NCBI RefSeq assembly: GCF_964213995.1
Contig: NC_135801.1
Coordinates: 150,226,001 to 150,290,000 of the forward strand
DNA from: Mustelus asterias
Lineage: Eukaryota
Length of the DNA: 64,000 bases
Direction: 5' to 3'
Below are positions 37,236-47,979 of the stretch, one piece after another. The notes below the pieces were generated by a model that searched no databases, was not told the DNA's origin, and worked only from the letters and a program-made list of their open reading frames with translations. The translations under genes were made by a program, and so were the position numbers. Position 1 is the stretch's first letter, and each line of letters starts with the position of its first letter.

Positions 37236-39834
37236 TTAAGAAAACTCATACAAAGCTGCTGTTTGTACAAAACACTGGTGAGACCATACCTGGAGTACAG
37301 TATTGGTCTCCTTATTAAAGGAAGGACATAAATGCTTTAGCAGCAGTTCAGAAGAGGTTTACCAAACTAATACTCGGAACGGGCAGGCTAAAAGGAGGAA
37401 AGATTGGAAAAGATAGGCTTCCATCCACTAAAATGCCAAGACCCCAAGTTGTCTTGACAGGGAGAATGTGGAGATGTTTCCTCTTGTGGAATAATCTAGA
37501 AATAAGGGTCATCTATTTAAGACAGATGAAGAGAAATTTTCTGATGAGTCTTTGGAACTCCCATCTTCCAAAAGGCAGTGGAAGCAGAATCTTTGAATAT
37601 TAAAAGGAAAAGGTAAATTCATCCACTTGAAATGAGGGACCAATCAGAAGTCAGCAATGTTGTTCTTGACAAGGCTAACCAAATCAGACCAATTACGCAA
37701 TTGTCTAACCAATCACATGGAAACACTGGTATTTACTCTGTCGGAGATTCACAATAGAAGGCAGAGCCACAAGCAGCAAAAATAAGTTCCCAGTTCCATG
37801 AGAAGTCCAATAAAATGGGATGCTTAACTATTATGTGCATTTCATTTGGTTAAACATCATGATGCTGCCAAGGTGGACAGTTAAGTAGCAGTAAGAGGGA
37901 GAGTTACTTTTCTGTATGTAGTAAGTTAGGAGTTATCTTCTGGTTCGTGTTTATGAAAACCTATTATGGTGATCATTTTGTAGTCTTAAGAGGAAGATGT
38001 TACAATTATGAGGTTCATTAGATTGGCCTGAATTTTTGCCCTCTTTGAGAAAATGGCACTGGAAGTCCCACCCCCATCATTATTGTAGGATTGTTGAACA
38101 TGGGTCAAACTTTGTGAAGAGGCAGTTAAATTACAGCTGCTTTCAGTCTGATCTGATGGCGAATATTTAAACTCAAGTTCTTTGAGAGGTAGGATACCCT
38201 TTGGAAGACCTTTTTGGAGAAGCAAAGGTCCCCATTGGGATTGTTAAAATTAGACATAAATGTGTTTTAAAAAATGGATAAACAAGTCAGAAGGAAGCTC
38301 TCAAGGCATTTACATCTAAGTGTTGGAATAAAAAAATTAGTACATGCTATCTGTGTTGACATAAACCTGAGATCTACCATTACAGGATTAGTGCCGAATG
38401 GCTGATTCCATAATCATTATCAGTGGGTGCCTGGAAGTTCTGATTGGTTCACAGTTCAAGTGCTTATAAAGTCTTTGAACAAGGATTATGAATGCAACTA
38501 CTTGTACTTAGAAGTTAAAATGTAGTGAATGTGTTTTTAATAACTCAATGGGAATTCATTGGAGAACTTTAGTTTATCACCAGCATGGATCTGGATATTG
38601 GGCAAGTTGGCATGAAGGGAATAAGGGCAAAGGGTGGTGGATATGGGTTGGCACTAAGTTGTACAGGGGCTAAGGGCCATGAGGGTGCATAGGTTGGCAC
38701 TGGAGTGTATAAGGAACAAAGGTGGAGTGATTAGGGGCACAAGTGCAGCATAGAAATTTGGGGGGGGGGGGTGATGAGTTCCACAGGGATGTTTTGTTTG
38801 TTCAGTTCTTTACTCCACATCTGGGACAAAGTACTGAAGCACTGAGGTGGGTCTTTCACCTACCCCACAGATCATGGTTGCCAATGAATGCTTTCCAGGA
38901 GCAGTGGCACTCTCACATCTGTGAATAGGGGATCCTATTGTTTTACTCAGAAGAAAGTGCTTACAATTGGAGACAGTGGCAATCTGTGTGCTAATAGTGG
39001 ATAGACTGCAAGTTTACAAATTCTCAAAGTGTTGAAAACATTGCATTGTTAACATGCATGCTTTAAACTGTCCATTTATTTCTTGGATTAAAAAAAGTTA
39101 GGATCTCAAGGATAGCTCATTAATGTTTCTACCTGGATACAGGGCCCATCTGATTCATGTTGCCATGGAGATGGGCTTTTGGGTAAAGGTTTTTAAGATA
39201 TCCCAGAAACTCACACTGAGATCTTCCAGAGGCTGGGAGAGAAAGGGCAGCTTAGCTCACCATGCAGGAGAGAGTGTGCACTCGGATTGGTAGGACCAAA
39301 TTTGTAAGGCAAGTAAGGATAGCCAATTTCCTTTCCCAAGATGGAAAAGAACACAATAATCACAGTTGAGTGGTTCCAGGAGAATTGAATCAACAATATA
39401 ACATATGCCTGTTATTGGGTTGTATTAAAAATTGTTTTAATTTCCCTTCCCCCCACAATTCTCATCCTGTTAACTCCTAATCCCAAAATGGGCATACACA
39501 ATGAGATGGACTGGAGATTCTTCTTCCCTTTAGCTAAAGCTTGGTGAATCTTCCAGTGTGGTACAAATACAGTTTATTCTATCTGACCATGAGCACCCAC
39601 CTGATTTTCTCTCAGAATCCATTGTAAATTGATTCACAATTGGCCATGTATCCAGGTAGGAATGCTATAACCTTTTAGATCCCCAACTTCATTTTATTTT
39701 GGAATTATATAGACAGTTTAAGATAAAACGGTTTACAAACTGGATATTCCTCACACCTCAGGCTTAACAGTTTACCCATCAGCGCAGCTCTGGTCATTAT
39801 TTATTAAATGTGAAAAACTTGCATCTTCTTCCCA

Positions 39835-40050
39835 GAAAATCATACGGCCCATTGAGTCTGCACTGAAAGAGGGTCCCATCCAGGCGCTAGCCTCATAACC
39901 CCACACATTTATCTCGCTACTCCCCAAACCTACACATCATGGGACATTCAGGGGCAATTTACTGTGGCCAATCCACCTTCCCTGCACATCTTTTGATTGT
40001 GGGAGGAACTTGGGTCTCTGGTGCTGTGAGGCAGCAGTGCTAATCACTCC
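39835..40050 (-). mobile_element. Degraded HE1-type SINE
   Basis: ggggcaattt...ggccaatccacc...gctgtgaggcagcagtgctaatcact. Confidence 0.7.
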
Positions 40051-40162
40051 ACTGCTTCCCCAGGTCCACCTTCATATTTGCGACAAGATACTGACAGGCA
40101 TGTTGTAAATTTCCAACACTTATGCTTATTTTGGAATGAATAAAAGGTACAGAAAATATAAC

Positions 40163-40423
40163 GTTTATTTGTCACAAGTAAAGCTTACATTAACACTGCA
40201 ATGAAGTACTGTGAAAATTCCCTAGTTGACACACTTTGGCACCTGTTTGGATCAATGCACCTAACCAGCATGTCTTTCAGACTCTGGAAGGAAACCGGAG
40301 CACCCAAAGAAAACCCACGCAGACACGGGGAGAACATGCAAACTCCACACAGACAGTGACCCAAGCCGGGAATCGGACCCACATCCCCGATGCTGTGAGG
40401 CAGCAGTGCTACTGTGCTGCCCA
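40163..40423 (-). mobile_element. V-SINE with the alternative tail
   Basis: Reverse complement of the 4120-4390 type. Confidence 0.88.
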
Positions 40424-41290
40424 TAAATTAGGTGATTGGTTTTTAAACAGGCAGGTAAAAGAAAGACAGTTTGAAATGGCATCAGTTCAAAGGTATTCAT
40501 CAATGTAGTTCAGGAATTATTATAGTAACAAAATACTCTGATATTTGACCGGCTTAACTAATGTTCCATTGTGCAAAGTTACAAAACTGGCAGACCCAGA
40601 GACAAAACCATTAACTACCACTTGTCAAATTGTTAAAAACAAGCATTCCTGTGAAAACTGCATCACAATTAAGTGCTGTGAGCAGAGAATGATTCTGGTC
40701 AACATCATGATCACTTTGAAACGGAGTTTGAGCAGAGAACATGCTGCTCCAAAAAGCAACATGGCCTCCCTTAAAGTTATCTGGAAAGCTTTGAAACCGA
40801 GCTCTTAATTTTTCTGATTAGTTAGATCAGTCTATTTCTCTTGTCACAGAAAGTACATCAAGAGATACTGAAATCTGCTCTAACCTGGAAGCAGTTAGCC
40901 ACTTCTGGTTTGCGATATTGTGAGTGCACACCAGTTGTTCATCATATCACCAAATGCATCAATCAACCTATCACCACATGATGAACATCAGACAGTCAAT
41001 GTGTATCTGAACAAAGAAATATCTATTTCCATGCAACATTTAACTCAAAACTGCTTGTTTAATGTGGTACAAATATGAAGAGCATTCAGCAAACCACAAT
41101 CAGTGATGTTGGTTTTGATAGAGGATACCCTGGTCATCCGACACAGGGAAGTAGTGTTTCACTTCTTAGTACTCCGAAAGTGTGATAACAGCTGGATTGA
41201 GTTATCATACCAGGAAGGGTTGTCGAAGCCAGGGTACCGAACTTCAAGAAAAGGGTAGATGCTTTAATGAGAGTTCAATATTTCAAAAAA

Positions 41291-41500
41291 TTCCAAGATG
41301 GCACCGGAACGAGGCGACTTCTTGCAAGCTGTGCCCAGCATACCTTCTAATTCTCTCTTTTACTCTCGTTCTTTCTCTACACCCTAGCTATGACTACATT
41401 CTGCACTCTTCTTCTGTGAACGGTATGCTTTGACTGTATAAGCGCACAAGAAATAACACTTTTCACTGTATACTATGTATGTGACAATAATAAATCAAAT
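41291..41500 (+). mobile_element. Bipartite Rex1-derived short element (5'-end-like part plus 3' UTR)
   Basis: ttccaagatggcaccgg start joined to tctttctctacaccctagctatgact...tgtgacaataataaatcaaat, which matches 34795-34930. Confidence 0.6.
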
Positions 41501-41569
41501 ATGGCTGGTTTTTGGAAAGGAGTAAGCTGAAGAACTTTTTCATTCTGAATCTATTCTGTAGAGTGCCGT

Positions 41570-42350
41570 AAGATTCAATGCTGGGGCTTCAGCTATTTGT
41601 ATTCAATATTAATGACTTTGTTGATGAGACTAAAAAGGGTATCCAAATTTGCTGATGATACAAAGCCGGATGGGATGGGAGGAACAACAAGGTTGTAGAT
41701 GAAGTATAATACAAGGAAAAAAAAGTTGCTGTTCTGAGAGACTTGGGTGTACTTCTGCAAGGATCATAAAAAGTTACATGCAGAGACAGCACACAATCAG
41801 ATTGTCCTATATTGCACGGGATAGGAATCAAAGAATAAGGAAGTTTAGCTACAATTATACAGGCTTTAGTGAGACCATACGTGGAGTACAGTTTGCAATT
41901 TTGGTCTCCATAGTGTAGACTTACATTGGGAGTGGAGCAGCAAAGGCTCACTGGATTGGTTCCTGGAGAGGTTTGCCCTGTGATTGGATGCTGAATAAAC
42001 TGGGCCTATCCTCACTGGAGTTAAGAATGAAAGGTGATCATTGAAACATACAATTTTCTGAAGGTGTTTGACAGAAGATGGTTTGCCCTGGCTGCAGAAT
42101 TTAGAACATGCGGGCAAACCTGGAGGAAGGAGCCAAATCTTCAGCTTGAGGACCCATATCTTTGAAATTTTCTATCCTAGAGGGTGGTTGTTAATGCTTC
42201 ATCATCAAGTATACTCAAGGCTGAAATTCACGTGTTTTTGGTCTCACGGGAATCAAGGGATTTGGGAAGCAGGCAGGAAAGTCAAGACTAAAGATCATAT
42301 TGAACCACAGAGCAGGCTTGATGGACCATTTGGTCTGTTCATTTTCCTAT
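41570..42350 (+). mobile_element. Old degraded CR1 RT and 3' region
   Basis: tccaaatttgctgatgatacaaag (SKFADDTK) and gtgagaccatacgtggagtac. Confidence 0.75.
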
Positions 42351-42448
42351 TTCAAAATTAGCAAGAGCATTTAACATCATTCTTTCATTTCTGAAGATAA
42401 TGAGAATATCATAAAGGCATGAGATAGAGCCAATAACTAAAAAAGGTT

Positions 42449-42577
42449 AATTAAAATACTGTGGATGCTGGAAATGAAAATAAAAACAAAATACTGGAAA
42501 ATCTCAGCAGGCCTGGCAGCATCTGTGGAGAGAAAGAGTTAACGTTTCGGATCAACAGGATTCTTCCACAGAACTCA
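42449..42577 (-). mobile_element. Penelope-type terminal-repeat remnant with a degenerate minimal hammerhead
   Basis: Minus strand agttCTGTGGAagaatcctgttgatccGAAACGTTaact...cacagatgctgccaggcctgctgag; flanking repeat aaaaaaggtt (42439-42448, 42578-42587). Confidence 0.6.
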
Positions 42578-42983
42578 AAAAAAGGTTCAGTTTATTTTAC
42601 TGGATGGACTATTACTTTTACCTAGATATCAGAACACAGAGCATTCTTGAAAACAGTGAGCTGGATCCCCAGAAGAGGAGCTAGAAACAAGTAAGCCAAA
42701 AATATCTATGACCTAAACACAACTGTCAAGAGCACAAGTTACCATCACTGTTTTCCATGGGAGCACAACAGTACATTCAATTGATGCTTATTATTGGCAA
42801 ATTTGATGACGGGCCTTGGTCATGGTTGAAAGCTATAGGAAATAGAGAATACACGTTAAGAATAGCAGTGAAGCTAAGCTTTGGTTTTCTATCTGTGGAT
42901 GCAGAAGGACCTAACACTTGATTTTGTTTCTAAAAACAGAATGAGTGCAATGAATTTTGAATCTCAACACAATAAAATGAAAT

Positions 42984-43874
42984 GTGACCAGGATGTGGGA
43001 GGTCCTGGAGGCTCCTAGCCTCCCAGACGACCATATCTGTGCTGGGTGTGTTGAGCTGCGGTTCCTAAGGGACCATGTTAGGGAACTGGAATTGCAGCTC
43101 GAGGACCTTCGCCGGGTTAGGGATAGTGAGGAGGTCATTGACAGGAGCTATCGGCAGGTGGTCACACCGGGACCACGGGAGGAGGGTAACTGGGTAACAG
43201 TGAGGAAGGAGAAAGCTCGGGTGATGGTGAGCACCCCGGTGGATGTGCCCCTTAATAATAAGTACACCTGTCTGAGTACTACTGGGGTGGACAGCCCACC
43301 TGGGGGAAGCAGCGGTGGCAGTGTCTCTGGAGCTGAGCCTGGCCCAGTAGTGCAAAGGGGTAAGGAAAGGAGGGTAGTGCTAATTGGGGACTCTACGGTG
43401 AGAGGGTCAGATAGGCGTTTTTGCGGACACAGACGGGACTCTCGGATGGTGGTTTGCCTCCCTGGTGCAGGGGTCCGGGATGTCTCTGGTCGAGTCCCAG
43501 AAATCCTGAAGGGGGAGGGAGAGGAGCCCAAGGTCGTGATGCATATAGGTACTGCTGACATCGGTAGGAAGAGGGAAGGGGTCATGAAAAGAGAATATAG
43601 GGAGTTGGGTAGACAGCTGAGAAAGAGGAATGCAAAGGTAGTAATCTCGGGATTGCTGCCTGTGCCGCGGGAGAGTGAGAACAGGAATCGGTGGAGAATT
43701 AATGCGTGGCTGAGGGACTGGAGCAAGGGACAAGGATTTGGGTACTTGGATCATTGGGACCTCTTTAGGGGCAGGTGTGACCTGTTTAAAAAAGACGGGT
43801 GGCACTTGAATCCCAGGGGGACCAATATCCTGGCGGGAAGGTTGGCTAAGGCTACTGGTGAGACTTTAAACTAG
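42984..43874 (+). CDS. CR1 ORF1p: zinc-finger remnant, coiled coil and SGNH esterase domain (first CxxC missing)
   Basis: HICAGC, LRDHVRELELQLEDLRRV, IGDS, LPGA, HIGTAD and DGWHLN motifs; compare the intact N-terminus CSSCQMWE at about 48826. Confidence 0.9.
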   Translation: MTRMWEVLEAPSLPDDHICAGCVELRFLRDHVRELELQLEDLRRVRDSEEVIDRSYRQVVTPGPREEGNWVTVRKEKARVMVSTPVDVPLNNKYTCLSTTGVDSPPGGSSGGSVSGAEPGPVVQRGKERRVVLIGDSTVRGSDRRFCGHRRDSRMVVCLPGAGVRDVSGRVPEILKGEGEEPKVVMHIGTADIGRKREGVMKREYRELGRQLRKRNAKVVISGLLPVPRESENRNRWRINAWLRDWSKGQGFGYLDHWDLFRGRCDLFKKDGWHLNPRGTNILAGRLAKATGETLN

Positions 43875-46800
43875 AAAGGTTGGGGGGAGGGAATCGAAAT
43901 GAGGGGACTGAGAGCGAGGAGGTTAGCTCGCAAATAGATAAGGAATGTAGACAGGGTAAGAGGGAGGTTAGACGAGTGAGGGAGAAGGGAAGTGCTCAGG
44001 CTGAAGGTCTGAGATGTGTCTATTTTAATGCCAGGAGTGTAGTGAATAAAGTGGATGAGCTTGGAGCGTGGATTGCTGCTTCGAATTGTGATGTGGTGGC
44101 CATTACGGAGACTTGGATGTCTCAGGGACAGGACTGGGTGCTTCAGGTGCCGGGTTTTAGATGTTTCAGGAAGGACAGGGAGGGAGGCAAGAGAGGGGGG
44201 GGAGTGGCACTGTTGATCAGGGATAGTGTCACGGCTGTAGAGAAGGTGGACGCCGTGGAGGGACTGACTACGGAATCTCTGTGGGTGGAGGTTAGGAACA
44301 GGAAGGGGTCGGTAACTTTGCTGGGTGTTTTCTATAGGCCGCCCAATAGTAACAGAGATGTTGAGGAGCAGATGGGGAAACAGATCCTGGAGAGATGTAG
44401 GAATAACAGAGTTGTCGTGATGGGAGATTTTAATTTCCCAAACATAGATTGGAATATCCCTAGGGCTAGGGGTTTGGATGGAGAGGAGTTTGTTAGGTGT
44501 GTCCAGGAGAGTTTCCTGACACAGTATGTGGATAAGCCTACTAGAGGAGAGGCTGTTCTTGATCTGGTGCTGGCTAATGAACCTGGACAGGTGGAGGATC
44601 TCTCGGTGGGTGAGCATCTTGGGGATAGCGATCATAATTCTATCTCCTTCACGATAGCATTGGAAAGAGATAGGGTCAGGCAGGCTAGGAAAGTGTTTCT
44701 CTGGAGTAAAGGGAAATACGGTGTCATCAGGGAGGAAATTAGACGGGTAAATTGGAAGGAGGCATTCTTGGGGAAAAGTGCCGAAGGAAAGTGGAGGATT
44801 TTCAAGGAATGTTTGTCTGGAGCTCTGCATGACAACGTTCCGATGAGACAGGGGGGTGTTGGTAGGGTACGGGAACCGTGGTGCACGAAGGTTGTGATGA
44901 ACCTGGTGAATAAGAAAAGAGAGGCGTACAGAAGGTTCAGAGAGCTAGGAGGTGTTAAGGATTTAGAGGAGTATACGCGATGTAGGAAGGAGCTTAAGAA
45001 GGAAATTAGGAGAGCGAGAAGGGGTCATGAGAAGACCTTGGCGGGTAAGATTAAGGAGAATCCCAAGGCTTTCTACAAATATGTCAAGAGTAAAAGGATG
45101 AGATGTGAAGGCATAGGACCCTTAAAAGGTGAAGGGGGAAAAGTTTGTGCGGAACCGTTAGAAATGGCGGAGCTGCTTAATGAATACTTTACCTCGGTAT
45201 TCACGGTGGAAAGGGATCTGGGTGGTTGTACTGCTGGATTGCGGAGGACAGAAAGGATCGAGCATGTGGACATAAAGAAAGAGGATGTGTTGGAACTATT
45301 GAATGGCATCAAGGTTGGTAAGTCGCCGGGACCGGATGGGATGTACCCCAGGTTACTGTGGGAGGCGAGGGAGGAGATTGCGGAGCCTTTGGCGATGATC
45401 TTTGCATCGTCGATGGAGACGGGAGAGGTTCCGGAGGATTGGAGGATTGCGGATGTGGTCCCTATATTCAAGAAAGGGAACAGGGACAGCCCGGGAAATT
45501 ACCGACCGGTGAGTCTAACCTCAGTGGTTGGTAAGTTGATGGAGAGGATCCTGAGAGACAGGATTTATGATCATCTAGAGAAGTTTAGTATGATCAAAAG
45601 TAGTCAGCACGGCTTTGTCAGGGGCAGGTCGTGCCTTACGAGCCTGGTTGAGTTCTTTGAAAATGTGACCAAGCACATTGACGAAGGAAGAGCGGTGGAT
45701 GTGGTCTATATGGACTTCAGCAAAGCGTTCGATAAGGTCCCCCATGCAAGACTTCTTGAGAAAGTGAGAGGGCATGGGATCCAAGGGGCTGTTGCCTTGT
45801 GGATCCAGAACTGGCTTGCCTGCAGAAGGCAGAGAGTGGCTGTGGAGGGGTCTTTCTCTGCATGGAGGTCAGTGACCAGTGGAGTGCCCCAGGGATCTGT
45901 TCTGGGACCCTTGCTGTTTGTCATTTTCATAAATGACCTGGATGAGGAAGTGGAGGGATGGGTTGGTAAGTTTGCTGACGACACCAAGGTAGGTGGTGTT
46001 GTGGATAGTTTGGAGGGATGTCAGAAGTTGCAGCGAGACATAGATAGAATGCAAGACTGGGCGGAGAAGTGGCAGATGGACTTCAACCCGGATAAGTGTG
46101 TAGTGATCCATTTTGGCAGATCCAATGGGATGGAGCAGCAGTATAAAATGAAGGGTACCATTCTTAGCAGTGTAGAGGATCAGAAGGACCTTGGGGTCCG
46201 GGTCCATAGGACTCTTAAATCGGCCTCGCAGGTGGAGGATGCGGTCAAGAAGACGTATGGCGTACTGGCCTTCATTAATCGAGGGATTGAGTTTAGGAGT
46301 CGGGAGATAATGCTGCAGCTTTATAGGACCCTGGTTAGACCCCACTTGGAGTACTGCGCGCAGTTCTGGTCACCTCATTACAGGAAAGATGTTGAAGCCA
46401 TTGAAAGGGTGCAGAGGAGATTTACAAGGATGTTGCCTGGATTGGGGGGCATGCCTTATGAGGATAGGTTGAGGGAGCTTGGTCTCTTCTCCCTGGAGAG
46501 ACGAAGGATGAGAGGTGACCTGATAGAGGTTTACAAGATGTTGAGGGGTCTGGATAGGGTGGACTCTCAGAGGCTATTTCCAAGGGCTGAAATGGTTGCT
46601 ACGAGAGGACACAGGTTTAAGGTGCTGGGGGGTAGGTACAGGGGGGATGTCAGGGGTAAGTTTTTCACTCAGAGGGTGGTGGGTGAGTGGAATCGGCTGA
46701 CGTCGGTGGTGGTGGAGGCAAACTCGTTGGGGTCTTTTAAGAGACTTCTGGATGAGTACATGGGATTTAATGGGATTGAGGGCTATAGATAGGCCTAGAG

Positions 46801-46876
46801 GTGGGGATGTGATCGGCGCAACTTGTGGGCCGAAGGGCCTGTTTGTGCTGTGGCTTTCTATGTTCTATGTTCTATG
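42989..46876 (+). mobile_element. Near full-length young CR1 LINE (subfamily A), clipped at the start of ORF1
   Basis: ORF1 plus ORF2, short 3' UTR and (ttctatg)3 tail. Confidence 0.97.
43862..46792 (+). CDS. CR1 ORF2p: APE endonuclease plus reverse transcriptase, uninterrupted; the open frame begins at 43862 and the start mechanism is uncertain
   Basis: YFNARS, ITETW, GDFN, SDH (APE); KSPGPDG, NYRPVSLT, QHGF, DFSKAFD, GVPQGSVLGP, FADD (RT); no stops over more than 970 codons. Confidence 0.96.
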   Translation, partial: DFKLERLGGGNRNEGTESEEVSSQIDKECRQGKREVRRVREKGSAQAEGLRCVYFNARSVVNKVDELGAWIAASNCDVVAITETWMSQGQDWVLQVPGFRCFRKDREGGKRGGGVALLIRDSVTAVEKVDAVEGLTTESLWVEVRNRKGSVTLLGVFYRPPNSNRDVEEQMGKQILERCRNNRVVVMGDFNFPNIDWNIPRARGLDGEEFVRCVQESFLTQYVDKPTRGEAVLDLVLANEPGQVEDLSVGEHLGDSDHNSISFTIALERDRVRQARKVFLWSKGKYGVIREEIRRVNWKEAFLGKSAEGKWRIFKECLSGALHDNVPMRQGGVGRVREPWCTKVVMNLVNKKREAYRRFRELGGVKDLEEYTRCRKELKKEIRRARRGHEKTLAGKIKENPKAFYKYVKSKRMRCEGIGPLKGEGGKVCAEPLEMAELLNEYFTSVFTVERDLGGCTAGLRRTERIEHVDIKKEDVLELLNGIKVGKSPGPDGMYPRLLWEAREEIAEPLAMIFASSMETGEVPEDWRIADVVPIFKKGNRDSPGNYRPVSLTSVVGKLMERILRDRIYDHLEKFSMIKSSQHGFVRGRSCLTSLVEFFENVTKHIDEGRAVDVVYMDFSKAFDKVPHARLLEKVRGHGIQGAVALWIQNWLACRRQRVAVEGSFSAWRSVTSGVPQGSVLGPLLFVIFINDLDEEVEGWVGKFADDTKVGGVVDSLEGCQKLQRDIDRMQDWAEKWQMDFNPDKCVVIHFGRSNGMEQQYKMKGTILSSVEDQKDLGVRVHRTLKSASQVEDAVKKTYGVLAFINRGIEFRSREIMLQLYRTLVRPHLEYCAQFWSPHYRKDVEAIERVQRRFTRMLPGLGGMPYEDRLRELGLFSLERRRMRGDLIEVYKMLRGLDRVDSQRLFPRAEMVATRGHRFKVLGGRYRGDVRGKFFTQRVVGEWNRLTSVVVEANSLGSFKRLLDEYMGFNGIEGYR

Positions 46877-46989
46877 ATGTCACAAGGCACAAATTGTGGA
46901 TTTAGGATTGCTGACTTTAGTTGTACTCTTTATGACGAATATGATATTGCTTTTTTCATACTGTGCATTGAAGAACTACTTAAAGATAA

Positions 46990-47310
46990 TTTATCCATGC
47001 CTTTGTTACCCTTGTCTGGACTATGCCAATGCACTCTTATCACTACCTATAAACCCAAGCTCATTGCTACTGGTATCCTATCTCAAGTCCAGTTTACCCA
47101 TTATCCCTATGCTTACTGACTGATATTTGCTGCTTTTCCAGTAATTCTTCTACATTAAAATTCTCATCCTCATTTTCAAATCCCTCTATGACCTCACCCC
47201 ACTGATCTGTTAGCTTTCCAAGCCTTACGAGATCCCACTGTTACTGGCTTCCTGTGTATCCCCAATTTTAATCTCACCACCACTGGCAGCAGTGTCATCA
47301 GTTACCTTTA
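46990..47310 (+). mobile_element. Old L2-like LINE 3' fragment
   Basis: ccatgcctttgttacc...ctggactatgccaatgcactc and ttaaaattctcatcctcattttcaaatccctc, typical of L2 ORF2 C-terminal coding DNA. Confidence 0.55.
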
Positions 47311-47979
47311 AAGGCTTCCCTTCAAAAATATTCAGGTAGAGTTTAAAACAGAAACATGTTGCTGAAGTATTTTGTCTTGCACTCTTCAGAACAAACAGAA
47401 GAATGTCAAATTTCAAACGATCACAACAGTTTATATTACCAGTAGGAAAATGATGCTGATTACAAGTACAGAGGCACTGCCATGGAAAAAGCAATAGGGA
47501 ACCACAAGTTCCCGGGTAATTCAAAAAGGCACATCTTACTTTTATTTGCAGTGAATGTACGTCATTTCCAGCAAATGTAAATGAGCCACACTACATGCCT
47601 AACTGATTACCTTAAACTAGGGGCTACTGCACTCTAGGATTGTTCAGCAAGTATTGTACAATTGCCAAATCACATCTATAATTTGATGTTTTGTTTTCGC
47701 TTCTTCTAGTGCAGGCTGGTTAGGTACAGCCTGTGCTCTGCCAATTACAAACCAACAACAGGAACACGCCTTTGATTAGATTACCCAATTGCTGGGATGT
47801 GCACCCCATGTACCTGACATTGTAGTTTACACATGAAGTTGCTCAAATGTGTGGTAGGTAAAACATTGGACTGACAGCAGAATCATGTTAGAGGAAAATA
47901 TCACCTATGTAGCCATTGCATAGAAGTAACGCGAAACAGTTTTCTTAGCCAGTTGTTTAAATGTTTGAGATACCTTAAT

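Noticed and set aside
43871-44830. 319-aa antisense ORF, plus other antisense ORFs across 43065-46345
   Set aside because: Shadow frames of the purine-rich CR1 ORFs; low-complexity Leu/Pro/Ser composition, no domain motifs, mostly non-ATG starts.
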